Assembly (NCBI RefSeq): GCF_026210795.1
Contig: NC_089429.1
Coordinates: 3,534,001 to 3,598,000 of the forward strand
Length of the DNA stretch: 64,000 nt
Direction of reading: 5' to 3'
Source of the DNA: Rhizophagus irregularis
Lineage: Eukaryota
The position numbers were made by a program, and so were the translations under genes. The notes beneath the pieces were generated by a model, which was given only the letters and a program-made list of their open reading frames with translations, did no database searches and was not told where the DNA came from. Position 1 is the first letter of the stretch, and each line of letters starts with the position of its first letter. This document shows positions 25,698 through 38,694 of the stretch, one piece after another.

Positions 25698-27038
25698 TTA
25701 AGGCTTTCTAAATTCAGTTAATACAGGATAGATGGATTCAAAAGCATCATAAATTTCCTGTCGTACCTATAAAGTGTAACAGAAAATCATTTAAAATTAA
25801 TTAACAGCGCCGTTTATACATGTTCGATAAAATTTTTATATCTACTTACTTTAGCACCAGTTAATACAATTTTTCCGGACACAAAGATTAAAAGTACAAT
25901 CTTAGGCTTAACCATACGATAAATAAGACCTGGGAATAATTCTGGTTCATACTAAAAAAAAGACAGAGAAAATATTAAGAACAAAAATACTCATGCTATT
26001 TATATTAAAAAATTTGTTAAATTCTTTTCTTTTGCAATACTTACACTGCTGAAATGTCCGTGAGAATAAGCTAAACCTTCCAAACGAATAGGGAATTTAA
26101 CATCACAAGATCCGACAATGTTTTGAATCTTGAAATCGGTAAATTTAGCAGCAAAGCCGAGTTTCTGAATGATACGAGCGTATTTTCTGCTTGCAAGTTT
26201 GGAGTCATCTTCAGATTTAGCACCGGTGACGACCATCTTGCCAGAAGCAAAGATCAGGGCCGTCGTTTTAGGTTCACGGATACGCATGATAACAGCAGCG
26301 AAACGCTAATAACATGGGTGGTTGTATCATTGTTTAGCATAAATATTCTTGATATAATTTTATATACCACAGTTGACTATGCTACTAACGCATGGAATGC
26401 GGTAGTACCTTTGGATTATACTCCGCGTTTCTGGCATGAAGTGCAATTGTTTTGAGGTCAAGTCTACAGTCAAGGTTGACAGTGGCGACGATGTTTCTAA
26501 AAACAAGGATCACGTGAAAATGTTTCACAAATGGAGCACAAGATATAAAGATAGAGAAAATCAATATAAATATAGACGAATTTTGGATTTTGGCTTGTTT
26601 TTTCGTTCTTACAACTCTTTCCACTTTTACGTTTAAAGAAAATTCATTATTTTTTTTTTGAAAAAAAAGGCGCTTTTATCTTCTTACCGGTAATTTTTTT
26701 TTTTACGAATAAATGAGAGAACGAAAAACCAAACCAAAAATCCATATAAAAGAGAAAAAAAAAAAATAGTTCTTTTCAGCTTTCACACTGAAAAACCATG
26801 AACCATCGACTGAAAATACTTACTGCAACGTAGGAACCATTCCAGCAACGCTTTGTGGTTGTGACTGGTTTGTTTGATCAGCGACACTACTGTTTTGTTC
26901 GTCAACCATCATGTTAGAGCCAGGATACGTTAACGCTCCATTTCCGATTGGAGTCGTTGGTACGGCAACAGGATGTACTTGAACAAAAGCAGCAGGTGCT
27001 GAATATTGAGTGTTGGGAAGGATAGCTTGATGGTTCAT
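25698..27038 (-). CDS. TBP: TATA-binding protein, 5 exons
   Basis: [59 protein letters not shown]...|[13 protein letters not shown]...|...[10 protein letters not shown]. Confidence 0.97.
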
Positions 27039-27371
27039 GACGAGATTTCAGAAGTAAATAAAAATTTCGTTTTGGTAAAAAGGTTGTATAAAAAAACTTT
27101 ATTTTTTTTTTGTTTCGTTCGTTCTTTTTTTTCTTTCGTTTCTTTTCAAAATAGAAAGGAAAAAGTTACAATAAAAGAAAAATATTTCAATGAAAAGGGA
27201 AAAAACGAGGCAATCAGTTATAGTGAACAAAAAGTATTGAGCTAATCCTCACTGAAGAGTTTAGGACAAAAGGTCGTAAAGACGTATAGAATAAAAAAAA
27301 TAATTTTGTTTATAAGGGTTTGTCCTATTTATGCTTTTTTCTGTATTTGTAATTAAGATGACGTAATAGTT

Positions 27372-27379
27372 TGACGTCA
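27372..27379. promoter_or_regulatory. CRE/ATF-type palindrome upstream of TBP
   Basis: TGACGTCA with an adjacent TGACGTAA half-match, ~330 bp upstream of the TBP ATG. Motif match only. Confidence 0.3.
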
Positions 27380-30243
27380 GTCTCGTCCAAAAAAAAAGAT
27401 CACAGGACCGAATGATTAGAAGAAAAACTAAAATATGATAACCTACTATCGTCAAGGAAAAAAAAAAATAAAAAACAGTTGGATTGATATGATTGGATAA
27501 TGGATAATGATTGGTGATTTTTTTGAAAAAAAAAAAAATTTTTTTTAATTTCTAAGAAAAAAATTTTTTTTTTAAAGGACGAGGCCGTTAGTCGGAAATT
27601 CGGGGAGCAAGTGGGGTTTGAGGGATATTTATACAGTTTTTGAAAATAGCCGAGTCATTATTAATAATTTCATAAATAATTTCACGGGATTAAGTATACT
27701 ACTCGCGATCATATTCCATAAAAAGTAGGTTTATTGGTTCAACAAACCAGACACAGCCATGCGGAATTGTAGACAAACAAGACAGCAATAAAAGAAACAC
27801 AAGCAATAAAATAAATATATATGTTATGTACTTTAAAAAGGATTCATATTGTTGTATATCATCACCATCATAATACATAAATAAATATTACAATATTATA
27901 TTTTGTATATATATAATATACTTACCGTGTATTGATTGACAATCAGTCATAATAAACTGTTGTATATTGCTTTATTTTCGGAGTGAATTTTACACTTGAA
28001 ACATATAAATTCCAACTAACTAATTAAAGACTAGAAGAAGAGCTACACAAAAATGGACATAAATTAAAATAAATACTTTTTTTTCAATGTATAAAAATAA
28101 AAAAAAAAAACTAATACGAAAAAAGAACAAAAAAAAAATTTTTTTTGGGGGGGCTTTTTTTTTCATTTTTCTCATTTGTCGCTTTTAAATATTATATATA
28201 CGGAATAAATCAATAATCTCGATAACGTTTCACTCACAAAATAAAAAATCAGAATTGATCAAGTATAGGTACAAAACTTGCTTATCGTCTCATTACTGAT
28301 GAATGGGTCCCTTATTATAATTATGATAATATATCGGGTCTTTGTTGGGCTGGTCTCCATACATTACTTTTTGGCGAAAAAAAAACGCGGGCTGAGTGAA
28401 AAGAAGTCGTAAAGGCGGCTTTTAACCTTTCAAGGTGATAGTAAAAAGCGAAAATTTTACTAGGACAATAAAAAAAAAAAAAGTTTTTATTGTTTATGCG
28501 CAGTAAACAGGAACTAAGAGAACTCCTTTCAAACTGAGAGTAATAACTTCTTCAACTACTGCGGTTGGTTACGGAATTTTGTCGAAAAACTCCGCACTTG
28601 AATTCTCATCATCTTTCTTTGTAACAGGAAACCTTTACTTTGTTTAATAAATAATAAAAAGTTGTTTCTAATAACATATTGGTTTCTTTGTAAAGTTTTA
28701 AACGTAATAAGGAAAAGGTTAAGAAATTAGCAACTGAAACATATTTGAAAAGACTTCTTTTTTGCTTGTTCAAAAGAAAAAAAAAAAAAAAAGAACAGAA
28801 CACAAAAAGCAACACAGAAACAACACTCAACGGGGTAAAAAGCAAATCATTATTTGAACATACCTTTTTGTGACTTATTTTTTTATAATTTGTTGCATAT
28901 AATTTAACTGTTTACAGCCCAATGTTACAGTGTCATGTGGGTTATTTGTTATCTTATTTACAAAATATTAGTAAATGAAAGAAAAGAATTTAGGAATCGT
29001 TACAAAAAATCTAATTTTACCTATTTAATTGAAACTAATAATCTCGGGGTACCCCGGCAATCATATTCCGATTCAAATGGTGTTAATGGTGTTCCTTTTA
29101 TAGTATAATAAAATGTTGTGTAAGTATTTATATACATGTTTCGAGTAAGTGTGATTTATTGATTGGTTTTCATTATCTGCAATGACAAATTCTTATTTAC
29201 AACAATTAGAAGCAGAAACCCCTTTGTCACTCTTACTAACCTTTTAACGGAATTTAAATGAATATCATATTATCATTGAATCTCCTAGACCTTCTAGCCC
29301 CCTACTAAAAGCTATACGCCACGTTTTACACTAAAAAGGGGACTAAAGATGGCGTGCAAAATACAAAGGCGTCTATATTCCCGTTTTTTTCCGATCAGTT
29401 TAGTAGTTTAACAGGTAGTTACATAAAACTTAATACAGATGTAAATGTACCTAGAAAGACGCTCATAGATCAAAAAAATTGTAAACTTGTAAAGTTTATT
29501 GAAAGTGAGGGTGAATTATTTTTAAAAAAACGTGTAAAATTGATTAAATAAAGGATAAAGTAATGACGAAATTTACTTTAACGGTTTACCTTAGAAGAGT
29601 TTGTTTTAAATTCTTGTATCTCTTTGATAACTCTATCTTTTTTTTCTTTTTTTACTTTGACAAGAAGGTAAAAATTTTTTTTTTTTAAGAAAGTTGGAAG
29701 AAAAAAAGAGAGTAAGGAACAAAATGAAAATGTGTAGAAATACAAGAAATACAAGAACTTTGGCTGATAAACTACTAATTTAACTAATTTATAGTGTGCA
29801 ACCGCCAATTTTTGTACAAGTACATTTTTTTATATAAATTACAGAGGTATTTTCAATCATATATACCTTAGTTTTAAGTGGTCCAGTGATTAGATTTCAA
29901 TAAAATTAAGCTCATTAGATTCGTCTCAATGAGAGGAATTTAATAGTATTTATTTTATCATAAATGAATCAATATTGACAGAGTTAGCATTTGAAGTAAC
30001 TTTATTAAATATATGGTATTTAAAATTTTAAGTACAATGATTTTTACGTACATTTCACATGATAAACACATGACTATAAATAAATTACGCAGTATCTTTT
30101 GATGTATTATAAAAAAAGCCTTTTTTTTCAAATAATTATGGTTATAGTACATACATAAATAAAATTATCAAATTGTCTTTCTATTAAAAAAAAAGAAAAA
30201 AGTTTTGAATTTATAATAATAATTGTAATTATAATTTAAGAAA

Positions 30244-32252
30244 TTACCCTGTCTCCTTGACATAATTACCTACGTGTTATATTTTAAAATAAAAATAAAT
30301 AAATATAACAAATTACCAATAAATGCAATAATTAAATTAAGTAAAGAATAAAAAACTTACCAGGGAATTCGCCTACAGTATTATTAACTCTTCCAACCCA
30401 CCAATCATTTGGCCCATCACCTCTCTCTAAAACTTCAATCTTATCACCTTTCCTAAAACTTAAATCATTTTCCTCTTTTCCTTCGAAATCGAACATTGCA
30501 GTGACATAACCACATGCAACAGGTATAACAGTGGTTGGAACAGCAAATCGATTTGGTGAAGAATCACATGACATTTCTGCATTTTTTGTTGCTGTATGAG
30601 ATCTCATAGTACTTTTAGAAATGGCACCGGCATCTTTGGAATTAAGAATATATTTTCTTCGGTACCAAACAAAGCAACTTACTACTAATAAAAGTAATCC
30701 TCCAAGAACTGCACCGACGATGACCCCAGCATTGGCTTTATGATTATCTAAAGGGTTTTTATCATCAGCATTAGTTGAATCAGTAGGATTTAAAGGAGAA
30801 GTTCCTTTACCTGGATTATTCTTAGTAGGAGGTAAATCAACTGGGGAGGATGGTAATTGATTACCGCGTATATAATTTAATAAACTATTTTTATCATCAT
30901 CATAACTAATATCAGATATTGAAACTCCTCCCACTGCTAACAATTTAGCATATAATGAACTAAAATCTTCATAAGATACATAAAAAATACTAAAATCTAC
31001 ATTAGAATTATAAGGATTATTATTATAAAGCCATGGAACAGAATTTGTTTGATCAAATTTACGCGTCCAATTATTTTTTGTATTACAGGAACCATAGGAA
31101 CCATTAGTTTGTGAATAATCAAGAGCATAAGCTGACAAATTCTTCCATGGCCATGAATATAATGCAGCGTTGGCTTGGATATTACAAAGATTTTTGATCT
31201 GAATTAATTGACCTCTAATTTCTTGTGGTATATCGTAAGGAACATATTTATATTCAACAGTCTGACTATCCATAATAGTTTTGTTAGTTACAACTTGAAA
31301 AGTATTCCCAAAATCTATCCCCATGATTATTTTTTCTTTGTTTTCTTTGCTAATTCTGAGACTCCAGATATCATATGCTTGTTTAAACCTTCCGTATGGA
31401 GAATTTGGATTTGTTGTAACATCATTTCCTACCGTGTTGAATTGGTTTGGGCTTGCATATAAACTAAAATGATATGTTTCAATATTAAGTAAATCAACAA
31501 TTTTATCATCAACCAGACTTATGATCTCTTCGCTAGGAGTAGGAGTGCTACCAACTGTTAACATTATTATTATTTTGTTCTGCAATTTAGTTTTCATATT
31601 CCTTATAAAAGCTCCAAAATCTGCGTCATTAACAGGTTTTTGATTACATGGAAATCCTCTCATTCCAGGATATTCAATATCCACCCCATCAAAGTTATTT
31701 TTTGTTATAAATTCACTTATATAGTCAAGAGCATCATAAAAATCTTTATCTTCCTTCCATGTTAAACGGTCATAATTTCTTATTGAAAGAAGAATCTATT
31801 ACAATAGAATAAACGTTAATGATTTAATTATTCATAATTATCAATTATATATTCTTATAATACATACTTTTACATTTTTTCCATTTGCATTTTTGGCGGC
31901 AATCAAAGCAGTATACTTCTCTTTATTTTTTTCGGGATTATTATAATCACTCACTATATTTCAAAATACAATTTGAGTAAAAAAAAAAATAAACTTTTGT
32001 ACGAAATGAAGCATCTTTTTTCCCCTTACCAATAAAATTTATATGACTATATAAATCCCATTGAATTGAATTAGGATCTATACTAGGTTGAACATAACCT
32101 ATTACTGGTCTATTAGTAAAATTTAAGGCACTCGGTTTACACCCATTATCCATTAAAGTGACTTGCGATGACACTATTGCTGCTATTGACAACAAGCTAT
32201 AAAAGACAAAAACTACAAACTTATTGAAAGGTGGAGGGTATATTTTACGCAT
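30244..32252 (-). CDS. Receptor-like protein: signal peptide, degenerate GH18 chitinase-like domain, Pro/Thr linker, single TM, cytoplasmic SH3; 4 exons
   Basis: VIGY, YSHINF, VKILLSI, NNFDGVDIEYP, KIIMGIDF, FDQTNSVPWLY, VSYEDFSSLYAK; TM GVIVGAVLGGLLLLVVSCFVW-YRRK; SH3 AMFDFEGKEENDLSFRKGD...DWWVG...GEFPGNYV. Confidence 0.85.
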
Positions 32253-33293
32253 ATTTATTATAAATAAAATTTTACGCTTCTTTCCCTCCCTTTTAAGTAA
32301 CTTATATAATACTTTTTTTGTTTTTTGATATTTATAATTATATGAAACGTTAAATGAAACACCTCACGAAAATTGTCGAGGTAAAAACAGAATAAATACA
32401 AAATTTCATAGAACAAAATACTCAGTAATACTATTTTTCTTTATTATAATAAATTAAATGAAACGGTCAAACTTTTTTTTTCTTTAAAAGAAAAATTTTC
32501 GGTAGTGACGAAATGACCTTCTTCTCCGAGCCACCAAGAAAAAAAGAGTACACTACAGTAAGAAGAAGAATACTCCTTGCATGAATTATATTTTATAAAA
32601 AAAAAAACTGGAGACGAACATGCTATACAAATTCTATGTTTGGCATCGTTAAACCGGTCTAAACTGTTTATAGCTGGCCCGTTTTATTTCATGTCACAAA
32701 TATTTAAAAAAGATACTTAACCGCAGCATTTAGAATATGGAATTTCTAAAATTGGATAAAATTATTTTATTCTTGTTTCATTAAAGTTCTTATAGTTTGT
32801 TTCACAAATTCATTCTTGTTTGATTTTCAGATATCCATTGGCCATTAGCGGAGCAATCAACTTATAAACTCCGTTATTATCAATGTCACAATATCAAAAA
32901 TAACCATTCTAATTATTCTAATTATAACTTACCTGTTACTATGATTTATTATTAGCGCATCAGTGATTGTCTGATTGTCAGATGAATCTTATGAATCTTG
33001 TGATCATTGTACGGAAAACACAAATATATTATTAGAAAGCCTAATACAATTTTAAATATAGAGTTTATTAATAAGGCATATATAATATAAATTAGGACGA
33101 AATTTATGGTTCTTTAATTCCGGCCAAAATTAATTATCCCGAAATGAAAAAAATCAGGTGATATTTGGTGTTGAATTATTAATATTAACGGACCAATTAA
33201 AAACTTGTTTATTCGCTTTGATATTTTTAAAAACCTTACGTCATACGCGTGCGATCAACAAGTACAAAACTTCTGATTTTTGTAAAAAAAACT

Positions 33294-34690
33294 ATGAACG
33301 CAACTAATTTTAATAACGAAAAGTTTGAATATATGGAAGATGTTAGTTGGGTCATGTCGGTAGCGTCAAGTGCTCAATCGCCACAAACAAAAAATTATTT
33401 AGCTAAAAAGAGCGGTGGATACAAGTAATTATTATAAATTTGAAGTGGTTTATCATACTTATCATATTATCATATTAACGCGTTTATAACAATATATATC
33501 TCGTCTATTAGAAAAGTGCGTTCGTACCAACAGTGTCAAAGCCTTTCAAATTTTATACTGAATCGCGGGTCAATAACTCTCATAATAAAGAAATTCCCCA
33601 AACCCACCATTTATTCCTTTAGCTCTCAGTGTACAACAATTTTTAGAAAATCCAACCAGATTCGATGCTAAGGTATCAGATGATAATATGTTTCAAAAAT
33701 CAACATCGTGATATTGAAGCTAACAATCGCAATTTTTCCTAAGTCCGGTAAAGTACGTTCAAATACCTTAACTGTACCGAAATCTCCACACTTGCGCACT
33801 AAACCCACTACAAGCCGGGTAATTAATTATTAATCACCACCACATGTCATCAAAGCTAATCCCGTACCCGATTATAAAGAACCATATAGACCGGTGATTG
33901 AACACCGGTTAATCGAATTACCAATGTTTAGTTTACCTGGTGAGGAAATTTCCAAGAGAAAATCACAAGAAATTGAATAAAGGATTCGTCAAGAAAAAGA
34001 GAAAATGGAAAAAATGCGTGAATTTAAAGCGCAACCACTTCATACTGGTTCTCCTGATGTATGTAACCATTAAATGTATTGTACGTACAAGAATAAAGAT
34101 AAATAAATAATTGTTCTCTTTTGTTTTAATGTTCCAAGTGTCTGCCTACACGCCCTTATTATCCACCAACTCACCCAAAACCATTTGCATTGTTAACTAA
34201 TGATCGTGGAGAAAAATATCAAAGAGAATTTTATGAGAAAGTGAGAAAAGAGCAGGAATATTACAAAGAAAATCGATTCCATGCACAACCTCTCCCCAAT
34301 TTTGAGCCCGAAATTCCTAGAAAACCTTAATGTCCTCCACCAACAGAACCAATTGGTTTTTTCTTTTTCACTGATACTCGTATGGAAGAACGTCATATTT
34401 ATGACGAACACAGAAGATTTCGAGAGAAGGAAGCTTAGGAACAAAGAATAGCAAAGATCAGGGAGGAAGAAGTAAGATATAAGAACTAATTCATGTTATC
34501 GATCTTTTTTTTGATATTTAACTTTTTATGCATTTATGTTAATTAAAGGTACGCAGTGCGCAGATTTAGTTCATCACGCTCAACCTATACGATATTATAC
34601 ACCGATAAATATACAACCATCGGATAAAAAAACCGACAAAACCAATTTCTCCCATGATCGGTGAAAAACTACTTAAATACATGATCTAAT
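33294..34690 (+). pseudogene. TPX2-like microtubule-associated protein pseudogene
   Basis: TVSKPFKFYTESR, LTVPKSPHLRT, IKANPVP, REFKAQP, PKPFALLT, FHAQP and DLVHHAQPIRYY motifs across GT-AG introns. Stops at 33831, 33978, 34328 and 34436, plus frameshifts. Confidence 0.75.
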
Positions 34691-35535
34691 ATGGCACAGC
34701 CCAATTGATCTAGATTGCTTATAAAAAGCCGATCATCCGACCCGTGTGGCGAAGTAAATTAAAAATTAAACAGGATAATTAGGAATTAAGACTATCTTTT
34801 TTTGAATTCTTCCGAATATATTACAAAACACTGCTTATTTCATTATTTCTTTATATATATATATACATATATATTTGCGTCTATAACAAAAAAAAGGATG
34901 CTTAATAATGGGAAAATACAGTAATTTCTTTCTGCAATTCCTTTCTTCTAATAAAATGTAATATTATACATTTTTATATACTTCTCTAATTTCTATTAAG
35001 TATTATACCAATTAAAGATAACTATTAATAAAACCATAAAGAAATCAATAATTTAATGTACTCGCGTGACTACAAAATGATATAAAAGACTTGACCATCC
35101 GCCCGACCGGCAGATGCGTACATTAAATAAGACAAACGTAACTAATGTGCAATTATAAAAACTAAACAAAGAAAAAAATTTAAAGAAAAAAGGGCTTTGT
35201 CCACATAAATATTCCTTCCTACGACTGATTCGCATAATGTCGTTTATATTTTTTATAATTAATTCTGATAAACAAATTAGTTAATTATTTATAGTGTTAA
35301 CTGACAACCCATTAATAGTATAATGTACATTTACCCATTCAAATCATGTGCGCATTCTGCAAAATCGTCTAGTTGGCACGTGATGATCTACATTAGTAAT
35401 ATAAATTCTGGGGCAAGATTTGATATAATGCTAGTCAAATTTAGATTAATGCTAGGGTCTAATGTCCAAATTCGTATTTATCAAGTGATAAAAAATTTTA
35501 AATTTCAACTTCGTTAAAAATAAAAGAAAAGAAAA

Positions 35536-38500
35536 ATGGATTTACGTTCTTGGGTTTCCGACAATGTGATGAAGTTACTTGGAATGTCCGAAAGGATCTT
35601 TGTAGATTATATTATTGCTGAAGCTCAATCTTGTAATACTCGGGAATCTTTACGAGAAAAGCTAACTGAGTTACCACAAACAGCGGAAGCTCAACGTTTT
35701 ATTGATAATCTGTTTGATCGAGTACCGAGAAAAAAGTCTCAAAAAGATGAAACTTATTTAAAAAGGAAAAGAGAAGAACAAGAAGCAAAAGAAGCTTTGG
35801 CAAAGTCAAAATCATATAAGTTGATTCTTGACGATTTTAGCGTTGAGGAACCATATTCAAAAAAATCTAAAAAATCTAAAAAGGATAAAAGTTTACGTAA
35901 AAAAGAAAAATTAGATACGTGGGAAAGTGATCAAGATGACAGAAAGTCTAAAAGTTCGTCGTCAAAGGAAAAGTCAAAGTATTCTGAATCTGAAGATGAA
36001 TACGAAAAAGAAGAGAAAGAAAAAATTAAAGATTTGAAAGAAAGAGATGAATTTGCTAAAAGATTAAGACAAAAGGACAAAGAGAAGACCAAAAATCTTG
36101 TTGAAGACAGATCGTCTAAAGCAGAAAGTGAAACTACTAAAAGACGTAATCTCGCCGATGATGCAGAAGCTCGTAAGAAGGTTTTACCAGATATTCGTGA
36201 GCGGTCTCGTCAAGAATATTTAAGGGATCGTACCGATAAACAAATGAAAATGTTAGAACTGGGAATTCTTGATGAAGATACTTTGTTCAAAGATGAAAAA
36301 CTTACTAAAAAAGAGAAAAAAGAACTTGAATTGAAAAAAGAAACTCTGAGATTAACAAAAGAAAGATTAAGTCTTTCTGGAAAAACTGATGATTATGCTA
36401 TGCCGGAAGATTATATCACAGAGAAAGGAAAAATAGATAAGAAAAAAAAGGAGTCGGTTCTTTATCAACGTTATGAAGAAGATCGCGATCAGCATAGGTT
36501 TGTTACAGATCAGGACCAATGGGAACAAAATCAGATCGTAAAATCACAATTAAAAGTCGGAGCTCAAGATAGAATTAAGCAAGAGGAACAATATGAATAT
36601 GTTTTTGACGATCAATCTATAGAATTTTTAAATTGGGATTGGAAATCAAATAGTCAAGATGATGAAATAATGGCCAAAATTGATGAAGCTGAAAAGAAAG
36701 CAAAGACTATTGAAGAAACTCGTAAATCTTTGCCAATTTATGCATTTCGTGATGAGTTACTTAATGCTATAGAAGAATTTCAAGTTTTAGTAATTGTAGG
36801 AGAGACAGGCTCTGGTAAAACCACTCAATTACCACAATATTTGTATGAATCAGGATATACCAAGGGCGGTAAAAAAGTTGGTTGTACACAACCTAGAAGA
36901 GTTGCTGCTATGAGTGTAGCGGCTCGTGTATCGGAGGAAATGGGTGTTAAACTTGGATATGAGGTTGGTTATTCAATTCGATTTGAAGATTGTACATCTG
37001 ATAAGACTATAATTAAGTATATGACAGATGGTATGTTACTTCGTGAATTTTTGACTGAACCTTTATTGGATGGATATAACTGTCTTATTATAGATGAAGC
37101 TCACGAGAGAACTTTACATACTGATGTTCTCTTTGGATTAGTTAAAGATATTGCTCGTAGTAGGCCTGATCTAAAACTTTTAATTTCTAGTGCTACATTA
37201 GATGCTCAGAAATTCGCAGATTATTTTGATGGAGCTCCGATCTTTTCAATTCCAGGAAAGCCTTATCCGGTCCAAATTTGTTATACAAAATCTCCTGAAG
37301 CAAATTATATTGGAGCTGCCGTAACAACTGTGATGCAATTACATATAACTCAGCAAAAAGGCGATATATTGGTCTTCTTAACGGGCCAAGAAGAAATCGA
37401 GACTGTACAAGAAAGTTTACAACAAGCTTGTAGGGTTTTAGGTAGCAAAATAAGAGAACTTATAATATGTCCAATTTATGCTAACCTTCCTCCCGATATG
37501 CAAGGAAAAATATTTGAACCAACACCGCCTGGTGCTCGAAAAGTGATATTAGCTACAAACATAGCAGAAACATCTATTACTATTGATGGTGTCTCATTTG
37601 TTATTGATCCAGGATTTGTAAAGCAAAACTTCTATAGTGCAAAAACACGTTTGGAAACATTAGAGGTTGTTACATGTTCAAGAGCTTCAGCAACACAGCG
37701 CGCAGGAAGAGCTGGTCGTGTCGGACCAGGACATTGTTTCAGGTTGTATACAAAACATGCATATGCAAATGAAATGGAAGAGAATAACGTTCCCGAAATT
37801 AAAAGGACTAATTTAGGGAATGTAGTATTAACACTAAAGAGTATTGGTATTCGTGATGTCATGAGTTTCGAATTTATGGATCCTCCTCACGAACAAGCTC
37901 TTATTTCAGCTCTTAAAGATTTATCAGATCTTGGTGCTTTAAATAATGAAGGAGAATTAACAAAATTGGGAAGAAGAATGGCAGAATATCCTTTAGATCC
38001 TATGTTATCCAAAACTATTATAAATTCAGAAAAATATCATTGTTCTGAAGATGTCATATCAATTATTAGTATGCTTAATGTTCAAAGTTCAGTTTTTTAT
38101 CGTCCAAAGGATAAAAAATTTCATGCTGATAAAGCGCGTCAAAACTTTACAAAGCCCGGTGGAGATCATCTCACCTTATTAAATGTTTGGGAACAATGGG
38201 TTGATACAAATTACTCATTGCACTGGTGTCATGAGAACTTCATCGTATATCGTTCAATGACACGAGCACGAGATGTTCGAGATCAACTTGTCTCATTATG
38301 CGAACGAACTGAAGTTAAGTTAGAATCGAATCCAAATCCTGCTGATATAGTTCCTATACAAAAATCTTTTGTTGCAGGATTTTTTATGAATACAGCGAGA
38401 TTGTTACCATTTGGTGATTCTTACCAAAAGATTAAATTTGGAGAAGCTGGAAGGAGAATATATATTCATCCAAGTAGTTCATTATTTCAAACACCACCAA

Positions 38501-38694
38501 AATGGGTGCTTTATTATGAATTAGTTGCTACCCAGAAAGATTATATGAGACAAGTTATGGAAATTCAGCCCCAATGGCTAGTAGAAGCCGCACCTACTTG
38601 TTATACAAAAGCTGAATTAGAAAAATTAGATTCAAAAAAGAAAATGCCGAAAAATCATCAAGCTGCAAGTTCATTATCCTCTTCAAGATCTTAA
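35536..38694 (+). CDS. PRP2: DEAH-box pre-mRNA splicing helicase of the Prp2/Cdc28/DHX16 type, single exon
   Basis: GETGSGKTTQ, TQPRRVAA, DEAH, SAT and QRAGRAGR motifs. N-terminal PWI-like region with ERDEFAKRL, RERSRQEYL and QWEQNQI blocks typical of DHX16. Confidence 0.92.
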   Translation: MDLRSWVSDNVMKLLGMSERIFVDYIIAEAQSCNTRESLREKLTELPQTAEAQRFIDNLFDRVPRKKSQKDETYLKRKREEQEAKEALAKSKSYKLILDDFSVEEPYSKKSKKSKKDKSLRKKEKLDTWESDQDDRKSKSSSSKEKSKYSESEDEYEKEEKEKIKDLKERDEFAKRLRQKDKEKTKNLVEDRSSKAESETTKRRNLADDAEARKKVLPDIRERSRQEYLRDRTDKQMKMLELGILDEDTLFKDEKLTKKEKKELELKKETLRLTKERLSLSGKTDDYAMPEDYITEKGKIDKKKKESVLYQRYEEDRDQHRFVTDQDQWEQNQIVKSQLKVGAQDRIKQEEQYEYVFDDQSIEFLNWDWKSNSQDDEIMAKIDEAEKKAKTIEETRKSLPIYAFRDELLNAIEEFQVLVIVGETGSGKTTQLPQYLYESGYTKGGKKVGCTQPRRVAAMSVAARVSEEMGVKLGYEVGYSIRFEDCTSDKTIIKYMTDGMLLREFLTEPLLDGYNCLIIDEAHERTLHTDVLFGLVKDIARSRPDLKLLISSATLDAQKFADYFDGAPIFSIPGKPYPVQICYTKSPEANYIGAAVTTVMQLHITQQKGDILVFLTGQEEIETVQESLQQACRVLGSKIRELIICPIYANLPPDMQGKIFEPTPPGARKVILATNIAETSITIDGVSFVIDPGFVKQNFYSAKTRLETLEVVTCSRASATQRAGRAGRVGPGHCFRLYTKHAYANEMEENNVPEIKRTNLGNVVLTLKSIGIRDVMSFEFMDPPHEQALISALKDLSDLGALNNEGELTKLGRRMAEYPLDPMLSKTIINSEKYHCSEDVISIISMLNVQSSVFYRPKDKKFHADKARQNFTKPGGDHLTLLNVWEQWVDTNYSLHWCHENFIVYRSMTRARDVRDQLVSLCERTEVKLESNPNPADIVPIQKSFVAGFFMNTARLLPFGDSYQKIKFGEAGRRIYIHPSSSLFQTPPKWVLYYELVATQKDYMRQVMEIQPQWLVEAAPTCYTKAELEKLDSKKKMPKNHQAASSLSSSRS

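Noticed and set aside
33831..34438. Stop-codon reassignment or readthrough explaining TAA/TAG in the TPX2-like gene
   Set aside because: Neighbouring intact genes end in TAA, and the locus also has frameshifts; ordinary pseudogenisation is simpler.
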